Assembly: GCF_009914755.1 (NCBI RefSeq)
Contig: NC_060947.1
Length of the DNA: 64,000 nt
From: the human T2T-CHM13v2.0 reference genome, Homo sapiens
Reading direction: 5' to 3' (one strand)
Part shown: positions 1 to 12,800 of the stretch, one piece after another
Position numbering within the stretch: the stretch's first letter is position 1
Layout: every line of letters begins with the position of its first letter
Made by a program: the position numbers and the translations under genes
The notes under the pieces: model-generated
Database searches by the model: none
The model's input: the letters and a program-made list of their open reading frames with translations, nothing else
What the model was told of the DNA's origin: nothing

Positions 1-203
1 AGAATGCTTCTATGTCGTTTTTAGGAGAAGATATTTCCTTTTCCAACACAGTCCTCCAAGCCCGCTAAATAGCCACTTGCACATTGTAGAAAAAGTGTGT
101 CAAAGCTGCGCTATCAAAGGGAAAGTTCAACTCTGTGAGGTGAATGCAAACATCCCAAAGAAGTTTCTGAGAATGCTTCCGTTTAGCTTTTAGGTGAAGA
201 TTA

Positions 204-220
204 TCCCGTTTCCAACGAAA
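204..220 (-). promoter_or_regulatory. CENP-B box, intact (monomer m2; repeated in each HOR)
   Basis: The plus strand reads TCCCGTTTCCAACGAAA, the reverse complement of TTTCGTTGGAAACGGGA, which matches consensus YTTCGTTGGAARCGGGA. Confidence 0.95.
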
Positions 221-373
221 CCTTCAAAGAGGTCCAAATATCCCCTTGCGGATCCCACAGAAAGAGTGTTTCGAAACTGCTGTTTCAAAAGGAATCTTCA
301 ACTCTGTGAGTTGAATGCAATCATCACAAAGAAGTTTCTGACAATGCTTCTCTCTCGTCTTTCTGTGAAGATA

Positions 374-416
374 AAGGAAAAGGCTTTCAGGCCTTTTCCA
401 CCACAGGCCTGAAAGC
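374..416. repeat. 15-bp expansion in monomer m3 (186 bp) containing overlapping inverted repeats; present in each HOR
   Basis: m3 reads gaagata-aaggaaaaggctttcagg-ccttttccaccacagg, while its paralogue m8 reads gaagata-ttt-ccttttccaccacagg. Inverted pairs are 376-384/391-399 and 383-394/405-416. Confidence 0.85.
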
Positions 417-560
417 GCTCCAAATGTCCACTTGCAGATTCTGCGAAAAGAATATTTCAAAACTGCTCTATGAAAAGCAATGTTAAACTCTGTGGCTCGA
501 ACACAAACATCACAAAGCGGTTTCTGAGAATGCTTCAGTTTAGTTTTTCTGTGGAAATAT

Positions 561-577
561 TCCCGTTTCCAAAGAAA
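561..577 (-). other. Degenerate CENP-B box (monomer m4), fixed across HOR copies
   Basis: TCCCGTTTCCAAAGAAA has the essential CGAA changed to AGAA. Confidence 0.8.
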
Positions 578-730
578 TCTTCAAAGAGGTCCACGTATCC
601 ACTTACAGATTCTACAAAAAGACAGTTTCAAACTGCTCCATCAAAAGGAGGGTTCAACCGTGTGACTTGAATGCAATCATTACTCAGAAATTTCTGAGAA
701 TGCTTCTCTTTAGTTTTTACGTGAACATAT

Positions 731-747
731 ACCCGTTTCGAACGAAG
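731..747 (-). promoter_or_regulatory. CENP-B box, variant but core-intact (monomer m5)
   Basis: ACCCGTTTCGAACGAAG retains the nine essential positions (nTTCGnnnnAnnCGGGn on the minus strand). Confidence 0.85.
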
Positions 748-1410
748 GCCACCCAGTGGTCCAAATATCCACTTGCAGATTATACAGAAAGAGTGTTTCG
801 AACCTGAACTCTCAAAGGCAGGTTCATCTCTGCGAGTTAAATGCATTCATCATGAAGAACTTTCTCAGAGTGTTTGTGTTTAGTTATGGGAAATTATTCC
901 CCTTTCCAACGAAATCCTCAGAGAGCTCCAAATATCCACCTGCAGATTCTACCAAAAGTGTATTTGGAAACTGCTCCATCAAAAGGCATGTTCAGCTCTG
1001 TGAGTGAAACTCCATCATCACAAAGAATATTCTGAGAATGCTTCCGTTTGCCTTTTATATGAAGTTCCTTCCTGTACTACCGTAGGCCTCAAAGCAGTCC
1101 AAATCTCCATTTGCAGATTCTACAAAAAGAGTGATTCCAATCTGCTCTATCAATAGGATTGTTCAACTCCATGAGTTGAATGCCATCCTCACAAAGCAGT
1201 TTCTGAGAATGCTTCTATCTGGTTTTTGTGTGAAGATATTTCCTTTTCCACCACAGGCCTCAAAGCCCTCCAAACGTCCACTTGCAGATTCTCGAAAAAG
1301 AGTGTTTCATAGCTGCTCTTTCAAAAGGAAAGTTCAACTCTGGCAGTTGAATACAAACATCACAAAGTAGTTTCCGAGAATGCTTCTGTTTAGTTTTTAT
1401 GTGAAGATGA

Positions 1411-1427
1411 TCCCGTTTCCAGTGAAA
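1411..1427 (-). other. Degenerate CENP-B box (monomer m9), fixed across HOR copies
   Basis: TCCCGTTTCCAGTGAAA has the essential CGAA changed to TGAA. Confidence 0.8.
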
Positions 1428-1581
1428 TCTTCAAAGAGGTCCACATATCCCCTTGCAGATTCCAAAGAAAGAGGGTTTCAAAACTGCTCCATCAGAAGGA
1501 TTGTTCAACTCTGTGAGTTGAATGCAGTCATCGCAGAAAACTTTCTGAGAATGCTTCTGTCTAGGTTTGATGTGAAGATAT

Positions 1582-1598
1582 AGACGTTTCAAACGAAG
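1582..1598 (-). other. Degenerate CENP-B box (monomer m10), fixed across HOR copies
   Basis: AGACGTTTCAAACGAAG has CCCG changed to GACG. It is the paralogue of the intact m5 box. Confidence 0.75.
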
Positions 1599-2954
1599 GC
1601 TACAAAGTGGTCAAAATATACACTTGCAGATTCTACTACAAGGGTGTTGCAAACCTGAACTATCAAAGGAAGGTTCAACTCTGTGAGTTGAATACAAACA
1701 TCACAAAGAATGTTCTGAGTTTGCTTCCGTTCAGTTATGGGAAGTTGATCCCTTTTCCAACGAAATCCTCAGAGAGGTCCAAATATCCCCTCGCAGATTC
1801 TACAAAACGTGTGTTTGGAAACTGCTCCATCATAACGAATGTTCAGCTCCCTGAGTTAAACTCCATCGTCACAAAGAATTTTCTGAGAGTGCTACCGTCT
1901 GGTTTTTATATGAAGTTCTTTCCTTCACTACCACAGGCCTCAAAGCGGTCCAAATCTCCACTTGCAGATTCTACAAAAAGAGTGCTTGCAAACTGCTCTA
2001 TCAAAAGGAATGTTCAACTCTGGGAGTTGAATGCAATCATCACAGAGCAGTTTCTGAGAATGCTTCTATGTCGTTTTTAGGAGAAGATATTTCCTTTTCC
2101 AACACAGTCCTCCAAGCCCGCTAAATAGCCACTTGCACATTGTAGAAAAAGTGTGTCAAAGCTGCGCTATCAAAGGGAAAGTTCAACTCTGTGAGGTGAA
2201 TGCAAACATCCCAAAGAAGTTTCTGAGAATGCTTCCGTTTAGCTTTTAGGTGAAGATTATCCCGTTTCCAACGAAACCTTCAAAGAGGTCCAAATATCCC
2301 CTTGCGGATCCCACAGAAAGAGTGTTTCGAAACTGCTGTTTCAAAAGGAATCTTCAACTCTGTGAGTTGAATGCAATCATCACAAAGAAGTTTCTGACAA
2401 TGCTTCTCTCTCGTCTTTCTGTGAAGATAAAGGAAAAGGCTTTCAGGCCTTTTCCACCACAGGCCTGAAAGCGCTCCAAATGTCCACTTGCAGATTCTGC
2501 CAAAAGAATATTTCAAAACTGCTCTATGAAAAGCAATGTTAAACTCTGCGGCTCAAACACAAACATCACAAAGCGGTTTCTGAGAATGCTTCAGTTTAGT
2601 TTTTCTGTGGAAATATTCCCGTTTCCAAAGAAATCTTCAAAGAGGTCCACGTATCCACTTACAGATTCTACAAAAAGACAGTTTCAAAACTGCTCCATCA
2701 AAACGAGGGTTCAACTGTGTGACTTGAATGCAATCATCACTCAGAAGTTTCTGAGAATGCTTCTCTTTAGTTTTTACGTGAACATATACCCGTTTCGAAC
2801 GAAGGCCACCCAGTGGTCCAAATATCCACTTGCAGATTCTACAGAAAGAGTGTTTCGAACCTGAACTCTCAAAGGCAGGTTCATCACTGCGAGTTAAATG
2901 CATTCATCATGAAGAACTTTCTCAGCGTGTTTGTGTTTAGTTATGGGAAATTAT

Positions 2955-2971
2955 TCCCGTTTCCAACGAAA
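2955..2971 (-). promoter_or_regulatory. CENP-B box, intact (monomer m6, example in H2; broken in several other copies)
   Basis: TCCCGTTTCCAACGAAA follows ttatgggaaattat. The H1 equivalent at 898-914 is TCCCCTTTCCAACGAAA (mutated). Confidence 0.9.
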
Positions 2972-3805
2972 TCCTCAAAGAGCTCCAAATATCCACCTGC
3001 AGATTCTACCAAAAGTGTATTTGGAAACTGCTCCATCAAAAGGCATGTTCAGCTCTGTGAGTGAAACTCCATCATCACAAAGAATATTCTGAGAATGCTT
3101 CCGTTTGCCTTTTATCTGAAGTTCCTTCCTATACGACCGTAGGCCTCAAAGCAGTCCAAATCTCCATTTGCAGATTCTACAAAAAGAGTGATTCCAATCT
3201 GCTCTATCAATAGGATTGTTCAACTCCATGAGTTGAATGCCATCCTCACAAAGTAGTTTCTGAGAATGCTTCTATCTAGTTTTTATGTGAAGATATTTCC
3301 TTTTCCACCACAGGCCTCAAAGCCCTCCAAACGTCCACTTGCAGATTCTCGAAAAAGAGTGTTTCATAGCTGCTCTTTCAAAAGGAAAGTTCAACTCTGG
3401 GAGTTGAATACAAACATCACAAAGTAGTTTCCGAGAATGCTTCTGTTTAGTTTTTATGTGAAGATGATCCCGTTTCCAGTGAAATCTTCAAAGAGGTCCA
3501 CATATCCCCTTGCAGATTCCAAAGAAAGAGGGTTTCAAAACTGCTCCATCAGAAGGATTGTTCAACTCTGTGAGTTGAATGCAGTCATCGCAGAAAACTT
3601 TCTGAGAATGCTTCTGTCTAGGTTTGATGTGAAGATATAGACGTTTCAAACGAAGGCTACAAAGTGGTCAAAATATACACTTGCAGATTCTACTACAAGG
3701 GTGTTGCAAACCTGAACTATCAAAGGAAGGTTCAACTCTGTGAGTTGAATACAAACATCACAAAGAATGTTCTGAGTTTGCTTCCGTTCAGTTATGGGAA
3801 GTTGA

Positions 3806-3822
3806 TCCCGTTTCCAACGAAA
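3806..3822 (-). promoter_or_regulatory. CENP-B box, intact (monomer m11, example in H2)
   Basis: TCCCGTTTCCAACGAAA follows ttatgggaagttga. The H1 equivalent at 1749-1765 is TCCCTTTTCCAACGAAA (mutated). Confidence 0.9.
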
Positions 3823-6800
3823 TCCTCAGAGAGGTCCAAATATCCCCTTGCAGATTCTACAAAACGTGTGTTTGGAAACTGCTCCATCATAACGAATGTT
3901 CAGCTCCCTGAGTTAAACTCCATCGTCACAAAGAATTTTCTGAGAGTGCTACCGTCTGGTTTTTATATGAAGTTCTTTCCTTCACTACCACAGGCCTCAA
4001 AGCGGTCCAAATCTCCACTTGCAGATTCTACAAAAAGAGTGTTTGCAAACTGCTCTATCAAAAGGAATGTTCAACTCTGGGAGTTGAATGCAATCATCAC
4101 AGAGCAGTTTCTGAGAATGCTTCTATGTCGTTTTTAGGAGAAGATATTTCCTTTTCCAACACAGTCCTCCAAGCCCGCTAAATAGCCACTTGCACATTGT
4201 AGAAAAAGTGTGTCAAAGCTGCGCTATCAAAGGGAAAGTTCAACTCTGTGAGGTGAATGCAAACATCCCAAAGAAGTTTCTGAGAATGCTTCCGTTTAGC
4301 TTTTAGGTGAAGATTATCCCGTTTCCAACGAAACCTTCAAAGAGGTCCAAATATCCCCTTGCGGATCCCACAGAAAGAGTGTTTCGAAACTGCTGTTTCA
4401 AAAGGAATCTTCAACTCTGTGAGTTGAATGCAATCATCACAAAGAAGTTTCTGACAATGCTTCTCTCTCGTCTTTCTGTGAAGATAAAGGAAAAGGCTTT
4501 CAGGCCTTTGCCACCACAGGCCTGAAAGCGCTCCAAATGTCCACTTGCAGATTCTGCGAAAAGAATATTTCATAACTGCTCTATGAAAAGCAATGTTAAA
4601 CTCTGTGGCTCGAACACAAACATCACAAAGCAGTTTCTGAGAATGCTTCAGTTTAGTTTTTCTGTGGAAATATTCCCGTTTCCAAAGAAATCTTCAAAGA
4701 GGTCCACGCATCCACTTACAGATTCTACAAAAAGACAGTTTCAAAACTGCTCCATCAAAAGGAGGGTTCAACTGTGTGACTTGAATGCAATCATCACTCA
4801 GAAGTTTCTGAGAATGCTTCTCTTTAGTTTTTACGTGAACATATACCCGTTTCGAACGAAGGCCACCCAGTGGTCCAAATATCCACTTGCAGATTCTACA
4901 GAAAGAGTGTTTCGAACCTGAACTCTCAAAGGCAGGTTCATCTCTGCGAGTTAAATGCATTCATCATGAAGAACTTTCTCAGAGTGTTTGTGTTTAGTTA
5001 TGGGAAATTATTCCCGTTTCCAACGAAATCCTCAGAGAGCTCCAAATATCCACCTGCAGATTCTACCAAAAGTGTATTTGGAAACTGCTCCATCAAAAGG
5101 CATGTTCAGCTCTGTGAGTGAAACTCCATCATCACAAAGAATATTCTGAGAATGCTTCCGTTTGCCTTTTATATGAAGTTCCTTCCTGTACTACCGTAGG
5201 CCTCAAAGCAGTCCAAATCTCCATTTGCAGATTCTATAAAAAGAGTGATTCCAATCTGCTCTATCAATAGGATTGTTCAACTCCATGAGTTGAATGCCAT
5301 CCTCACAAAGTAGTTTCTGAGAATGCTTCTATCTGGTTTTTGTGTGAAGATATTTCCTTTTCCACCACAGGCCTCAAAGCCCTCCAAACGTCCACTTGCA
5401 GATTCTCGAAAAGGAGTGTTTCATAGCTGCTCTTTCAAAAGGAAAGTTCAACTCTGGGAGTTGAATACAAACATCACAAAATAGTTTCCGAGAATGCTTC
5501 TGTTTAGTTTTTATGTGAAGATGATCCCGTTTCCAGTGAAATCTTCAAAGAGGTCCACATATCCCTTTGCAGATTCCAAAGAAAGAGGGTTTCAAAACTG
5601 CTCCATCAGAGGATTGTTCAACTCTGTGAGTTGAATGCAGTCATCGTAGAAAACTTTCTGAGAATGCTTCTGTCTAGGTTTGATGTGAAGATATAGACGT
5701 TTCAAACGAAGGCTACAAAGTGGTCAAAATATACACTTGCAGATTCTACTACAAGGGTGTTGCAAACCTGAACTATCAAAGGAAGGTTCAACTCTGTGAG
5801 TTGAATACAAACATCACAAAGAATGTTCTGAGTTTGCTTCCGTTCAGTTATGGGAAGTTGATCCCGTTTCCAACGAAATCCTCAGAGAGGTCCAAATATC
5901 CCCTCGCAGATTCTACAAAACGTGTGTTTGGAAACTGCTCCATCATAACGAATGTTCAGCTCCCTGAGTTAAACTCCATCGTCACAAAGAATTTTCTGAG
6001 AGTGCTACCGTCTGGTTTTTATATGAAGTTCTTTCCTTCACTACCACAGGCCTCAAAGCGGTCCAAATCTCCACTTGCAGATTCTACAAAAAGAGTGTTT
6101 GCAAACTGCTCTATCAAAAGGAATGTTCAACTCTGGGAGTTGAATGCAATCATCACAGAGCAGTTTCTGAGAATGCTTCTATGTCGTTTTTAGGAGAAGA
6201 TATTTCCTTTTCCAACACAGTCCTCCAAGCCCGCTAAATAGCCACTTGCACATTGTAGAAAAAGTGTGTCAAAGCTGCGCTATCAAAGGGAAAGTTCAAC
6301 TCTGTGAGGTGAATGCAAACATCCCAAAGAAGTTTCTGAGAATGCTTCCGTTTAGCTTTTAGGTGAAGATTATCCCGTTTCCAACGAAACCTTCAAAGAG
6401 GTCCAAATATCCCCTTGCGGATCCCACAGAAAGAGTGTTTCGAAACTGCTGTTTCAAAAGGAATCTTCAACTCTGTGAGTTGAATGCAATCATCACAAAG
6501 AAGTTTCTGACAATGCTTCTCTCTCGTCTTTCTGTGAAGATAAAGGAAAAGGCTTTCAGGCCTTTGCCACCACAGGCCTGAAAGCGCTCCAAATGTCCAC
6601 TTGCAGATTCTGCCAAAAGAATATTTCAAAACTGCTCTATGAAAAGCAATGTTAAACTCTGCGGCTCGAACACAAACATCACAAAGCGGTTTCTGAGAAT
6701 GCTTCAGTTTAGTTTTTCTGTGGAAATATTCCCGTTTCCAAAGAAATCTTCAAAGAGGTCCACGTATCCACTTACAGATTCTACAAAAAGACAGTTTCAA

Positions 6801-9800
6801 AACTGCTCCATCAAAAGGAGGGTTCAACTGTGTGACTTGAATGCAATCATCACTCAGAAGTTTCTGAGAATGCTTCTCTTTAGTTTTTACGTGAACATAT
6901 ACCCGTTTCGAACGAAGGCCAGCCAGTGGTCCAAATATCCACTTGCAGATTCTACAGAAAGAGTGTTTCGAACCTGAACTCTCAAAGGCAGGTTCATCTC
7001 TGCGAGTTAAATGCATTCATCATGAAGAACTTTCTCAGAGTGTTTGTGTTTAGTTATGGGAAATTATTCCCGTTTCCAACGAAATCCTCAGAGAGCTCCA
7101 AATATCCACCTGCAGATTCTACCAAAAGTGTATTTGGAAACTGCTCCATCAAAAGGCATGTTCAGCTCTGTGAGTGAAACTCCATCATCACAAAGAATAT
7201 TCTGAGAATGCTTCCGTTTGCCTTTTATATGAAGTTCCTTCCTGTACTACCGTAGGCCTCAAAGCAGTCCAAATCTCCATTTGCAGATTCTACAAAAAGA
7301 GTGATTCCAATCTGCTCTATCAATAGGATTGTTCAACTCCATGAGTTGAATGCCATCCTCACAAAGTAGTTTCTGAGAATGCTTCTATCTGGTTTTTGTG
7401 TGAAGATATTTCCTTTTCCACCACAGGCCTCAAAGCCCTCCAAACGTCCACTTGCAGATTCTCGAAAAAGAGTGTTTCATAGCTGCTCTTTCAAAAGGAA
7501 AGTTCAACTCTGGGAGTTGAATACAAACATCACAAAACAGTTTCCGAGAATGCTTCTGTTTAGTTTTTATGTGAAGATGATCCCGTTTCCAGTGAAATCT
7601 TCAAAGAGGTCCACATATCCCCTTGCAGATTCCAAAGAAAGAGGGTTTCAAAACTGCTCCATCAGAAGGATTGTTCAACTCTGTGAGTTGAATGCAGTCA
7701 TCGCAGAAAACTTTCTGAGAATGCTTCTGTCTAGGTTTGATGTGAAGATATAGACGTTTCAAACGAAGGCTACAAAGTGGTCAAAATATACACTTGCAGA
7801 TTCTACTACAAGGGTGTTGCAAACCTGAACTATCAAAGGAAGGTTCAACTCTGTGAGTTGAATACAAACATCACAAAGAATGTTCTGAGTTTGCTTCCGT
7901 TCAGTTATGGGAAGTTGATCCCGTTTCCAACGAAATCCTCAGAGAGGTCCAAATATCCCCTCGCAGATTCTACAAAACGTGTGTTTGGAAACTGCTCCAT
8001 CATAAAGAATGTTCAGCTCCCTGAGTTAAACTCCATCGTCACAAAGAATTTTCTGAGAGTGCTACCGTCTGGTTTTTATATGAAGTTCTTTCCTTCACTA
8101 CCACAGGCCTCAAAGCGGTCCAAATCTCCACTTGCAGATTCTACAAAAAGAGTGTTTGCAAACTGCTCTATCAAAAGGAATGTTCAACTCTGGGAGTTGA
8201 ATGCAATCATCACAGAGCAGTTTCTGAGAATGCTTCTATGTCGTTTTTAGGAGAAGATATTTCCTTTTCCAACACAGTCCTCCAAGCCCGCTAAATAGCC
8301 ACTTGCACATTGTAGAAAAAGTGTGTCAAAGCTGCGCTATCAAAGGGAAAGTTCAACTCTGTGAGGTGAATGCAAACATCCCAAAGAAGTTTCTGAGAAT
8401 GCTTCCGTTTAGCTTTTAGGTGAAGATTATCCCGTTTCCAACGAAACCTTCAAAGAGGTCCAAATATCCCCTTGCGGATCCCACAGAAAGAGTGTTTCGA
8501 AACTGCTGTTTCAAAAGGAATCTTCAACTCTGTGAGTTGAATGCAATCATCACAAAGAAGTTTCTGACAATGCTTCTCTCTCGTCTTTCTGTGAAGATAA
8601 AGGAAAAGGCTTTCAGGCCTTTGCCACCACAGGCCTGAAAGCGCTCCAAATGTCCACTTGCAGATTCTGCCAAAAGAATATTTCAAAACTGCTCTATGAA
8701 AAGCAATGTTAAACTCTGCGGCTCGAACACAAACATCACAAAGCGGTTTCTGAGAATGCTTCAGTTTAGTTTTTCTGTGGAAATATTCCCGTTTCCAAAG
8801 AAATCTTCAAAGAGGTCCACGTATCCACTTACAGATTCTACAAAAAGACAGTTTCAAAACTGCTCCATCAAAAGGAGGGTTCAACTGTGTGACTTGAATG
8901 CAATCATCACTCAGAAGTTTCTGAGAATGCTTCTCTTTAGTTTTTACGTGAACATATACCCGTTTCGAACGAAGGCCAGCCAGTGGTCCAAATATCCACT
9001 TGCAGATTCTACAGAAAGAGTGTTTCGAACCTGAACTCTCAAAGGCAGGTTCATCTCTGCGAGTTAAATGCATTCATCATGAAGAACTTTCTCAGAGTGT
9101 TTGTGTTTAGTTATGGGAAATTATTCCCGTTTCCAACGAAATCCTCAGAGAGCTCCAAATATCCACCTGCAGATTCTACCAAAAGTGTATTTGGAAACTG
9201 CTCCATCAAAAGGCATGTTCAGCTCTGTGAGTGAAACTCCATCATCACAAAGAATATTCTGAGAATGCTTCCGTTTGCCTTTTATATGAAGTTCCTTCCT
9301 GTACTACCGTAGGCCTCAAAGCAGTCCAAATCTCCATTTGCAGATTCTACAAAAAGAGTGATTCCAATCTGCTCTATCAATAGGATTGTTCAACTCCATG
9401 AGTTGAATGCCATCCTCACAAAGTCGTTTCTGAGAATGCTTCTATCTGGTTTTTGTGTGAAGATATTTCCTTTTCCACCACAGGCCTCAAAGCCCTCCAA
9501 ACGTCCACTTGCAGATTCTCGAAAAAGAGTGTTTCATAGCTGCTCTTTCAAAAGGAAAGTTCAACTCTGGGAGTTGAATACAAACATCACAAAATAGTTT
9601 CCGAGAATGCTTCTGTTTAGTTTTTATGTGAAGATGATCCCGTTTCCAGTGAAATCTTCAAAGAGGTCCACATATCCCCTTGCAGATTCCAAAGAAAGAG
9701 GGTTTCAAAACTGCTCCATCAGAAGGATTGTTCAACTCTGTGAGTTGAATGCAGTCATCGCAGAAAACTTTCTGAGAATGCTTCTGTCTAGGTTTGATGT

Positions 9801-12800
9801 GAAGATATAGACGTTTCAAACGAAGGCTACAAAGTGGTCAAAATATACACTTGCAGATTCTACTACAAGGGTGTTGCAAACCTGAACTATCAAAGGAAGG
9901 TTCAACTCTGTGAATTGAATACAAACATCACAAAGAATGTTCTGAGTTTGCTTCCGTTCAGTTATGGGAAGTTGATCCCGTTTCCAACGAAATCCTCAGA
10001 GAGGTCCAAATATCCCCTCGCAGATTCTACAAAACGTGTGTTTGGAAACTGCTCCATCATAACGAATGTTCAGCTCCCTGAGTTAAACTCCATCGTCACA
10101 AAGAATTTTCTGAGAGTGCTACCGTCTGGTTTTTATATGAAGTTCTTTCCTTCACTACCACAGGCCTCAAAGCGGTCCAAATCTCCACTTGCAGATTCTA
10201 CAAAAAGAGTGTTTGCAAACTGCTCTATCAAAAGGAATGTTCAACTCTGGGAGTTGAATGCAATCATCACAGAGCAGTTTCTGAGAATGCTTCTATGTCG
10301 TTTTTAGGAGAAGATATTTCCTTTTCCAACACAGTCCTCCAAGCCCGCTAAATAGCCACTTGCACATTGTAGAAAAAGTGTGTCAAAGCTGCGCTATCAA
10401 AGGGAAAGTTCAACTCTGTGAGGTGAATGCAAACATCCCAAAGAAGTTTCTGAGAATGCTTCCGTTTAGCTTTTAGGTGAAGATTATCCCGTTTCCAACG
10501 AAACCTTCAAAGAGGTCCAAATATCCCCTTGCGGATCCCACAGAAAGAGTGTTTCGAAACTGCTGTTTCAAAAGGAATCTTCAACTCTGTGAGTTGAATG
10601 CAATCATCACAAAGAAGTTTCTGACAATGCTTCTCTCTCGTCTTTCTGTGAAGATAAAGGAAAAGGCTTTCAGGCCTTTGCCACCACAGGCCTGAAAGCG
10701 CTCCAAATGTCCACTTGCAGATTCTGCCAAAAGAATATTTCAAAACTGCTCTATGAAAAGCAATGTTAAACTCTGTGGCTCGAACACAAACATCACAAAG
10801 CGGTTTCTGAGAATGCTTCAGTTTAGTTTTTCTGTGGAAATATTCCCGTTTCCAAAGAAATCTTCAAAGAGGTCCACGTATCCACTTACAGATTCTACAA
10901 AAAGACAGTTTCAAAACTGCTCCATCAAAAGGAGGGTTCAACCGTGTGACCTGAATGCAATCAGCACTCAGAAGTTTCTGAGAATGCTTCTCTTTAGTTT
11001 TTACGTGAACATATACCCGTTTCGAACGAAGGCCACCCAGTGGTCCAAATATCCACTTGCAGATTATACAGAAAGAGTGTTTCGAACCTGAACTCTCAAA
11101 GGCAGGTTCATCTCTGCGAGTTAAATGCATTCATCATGAAGAACTTTCTCAGAGTGTTTGTGTTTAGTTATGGGAAATTATTCCCGTTTCCAACGAAATC
11201 CTCAGAGAGCTCCAAATATCCACCTGCAGATTCTACCAAAAGTGTATTTGGAAACGGCTCCATCAAAAGGCATGTTCAGCTCTGTGAGTGAAACTCCATC
11301 ATCACAAAGAATATTCTGAGAATGCTTCCGTTTGCCTTTTATATGAAGTTCCTTCCTGTACTACCGTAGGCCTCAAAGCAGTCCAAATCTCCATTTGCAG
11401 ATTCTATAAAAAGAGTGATTCCAATCTGCTCTATCAATAGGATTGTTCAACTCCATGAGTTGAATGCCATCCTCACAAAGTAGTTTCTGAGAATGCTTCT
11501 ATCTGGTTTTTGTGTGAAGATATTTCCTTTTCCACCACAGGCCTCAAAGCCCTCCAAACGTCCACTTGCAGATTCTCGAAAAAGAGTGTTTCATAGCTGC
11601 TCTTTCAAAAGGAAAGTTCAACTCTGGGAGTTGAATACAAACATCACAAAGTAGTTTCCGAGAATGCTTCTGTTTAGTTTTTATGTGAAGATGATCCCGT
11701 TTCCAGTGAAATCTTCAAAGAGGTCCACATATCCCCTTGCAGATTCCAAAGAAAGAGGGTTTCAAAACTGCTCCATCAGAAGGATTGTTCAACTCTGTGA
11801 GTTGAATGCAGTCATCGCAGAAAACTTTCTGAGAATGCTTCTGGCTAGGTTTGATGTGAAGATATAGACGTTTCAAACGAAGGCTACAAAGTGGTCAAAA
11901 TATACACTTGCAGATTCTACTACAAGGGTGTTGCAAACCTGAACTATCAAAGGAAGGTTCAACTCTGTGAGTTGAATACAAACATCACAAAGAATGTTCT
12001 GAGTTTGCTTCCGTTCAGTTATGGGAAGTTGATCCCGTTTCCAACGAAATCCTCAGAGAGGTCCAAATATCCCCTCGCAGATTCTACAAAACGTGTGTTT
12101 GGAAACTGCTCCATCATAACGAATGTTCAGCTCCCTGAGTTAAACTCCATCGTCACAAAGAATTTTCTGAGAGTGCTACCGTCTGGTTTTTATATGAAGT
12201 TCTTTCCTTCACTACCACAGGCCTCAAAGCGGTCCAAATCTCCACTTGCAGATTCTACAAAAAGAGTGTTTGCAAACTGCTCTATCAAAAGGAATGTTCA
12301 ACTCTGGGAGTTGAATGCAATCATCACAGAGCAGTTTCTGAGAATGCTTCTATGTCGTTTTTAGAAGATATTTCCTTTTCCAACACAGTCCTCCAAGCCC
12401 GCTAAATAGCCACTTGCACATTGTAGAAAAAGTGTGTCAAAGCTGCGCTATCAAAGGGAAAGTTCAACTCTGTGAGGTGAATGCAAACATCCCAAAGAAG
12501 TTTCTGAGAATGCTTCCGTTTAGCTTTTAGGTGAAGATTATCCCGTTTCCAACGAAACCTTCAAAGAGGTCCAAATATCCCCTTGCGGATCCCACAGAAA
12601 GAGTGTTTCGAAACTGCTGTTTCAAAAGGAATCTTCAACTCTGTGAGTTGAATGCAATCATCACAAAGAAGTTTCTGACAATGCTTCTCTCTCGTCTTTC
12701 TGAGAAGATAAAGGAAAAGGCTTTCAGGCCTTTTCCACCACAGGCCTGAAAGCGCTCCAAATGTCCACTTGCAGATTCTGCGAAAAGAATATTTCAAAAC

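Larger units (their letters stand above)
1..2056 (-). repeat. HOR copy H1 (representative unit) of 12 monomers
   Basis: Monomer starts at the agaatgc-like motif are 1, 170, 341, 527, 697, 867, 1035, 1206, 1377, 1548, 1718, 1886. Lengths are 169, 171, 186, 170, 170, 168, 171, 171, 171, 170, 168, 171, summing to 2056. H1 lacks one A near 630 relative to the usual 2057-bp unit. Confidence 0.95.
341..2056 (-). repeat. Two related pentamer blocks inside the HOR (m3-m7 similar to m8-m12), SF3-type organisation
   Basis: m5 and m10 are both 170 bp and share aacgaaggc...aacctgaact. m6 and m11 are both 168 bp and share agttatgggaa...aacgaaatcctcagagag...tttggaaactgctccatc...tgttcagctc. m4/m9, m7/m12 and m3/m8 pair similarly. 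Confidence 0.85.

Noticed and set aside
376-399. Hairpin read as a rho-independent terminator or small RNA gene
   Set aside because: The context is eukaryotic satellite with no upstream gene and no U-tract after the stem. Transcription cannot be inferred from sequence alone.
1607-2080. 157-aa ORF kept open in all 31 copies, and the other 65-124 aa ORFs on both strands
   Set aside because: A 171-bp monomer is a multiple of 3, so stop-free frames arise by chance. The translations are internally repetitive satellite peptides, many start at GTG, and persistence follows from near-identity of the copies. I recognise no protein domain.
7379-7753. Unique longer 124-aa ORF in H4
   Set aside because: It results from one tag>cag change near 7538 that removes a stop codon, which is a neutral satellite variant.
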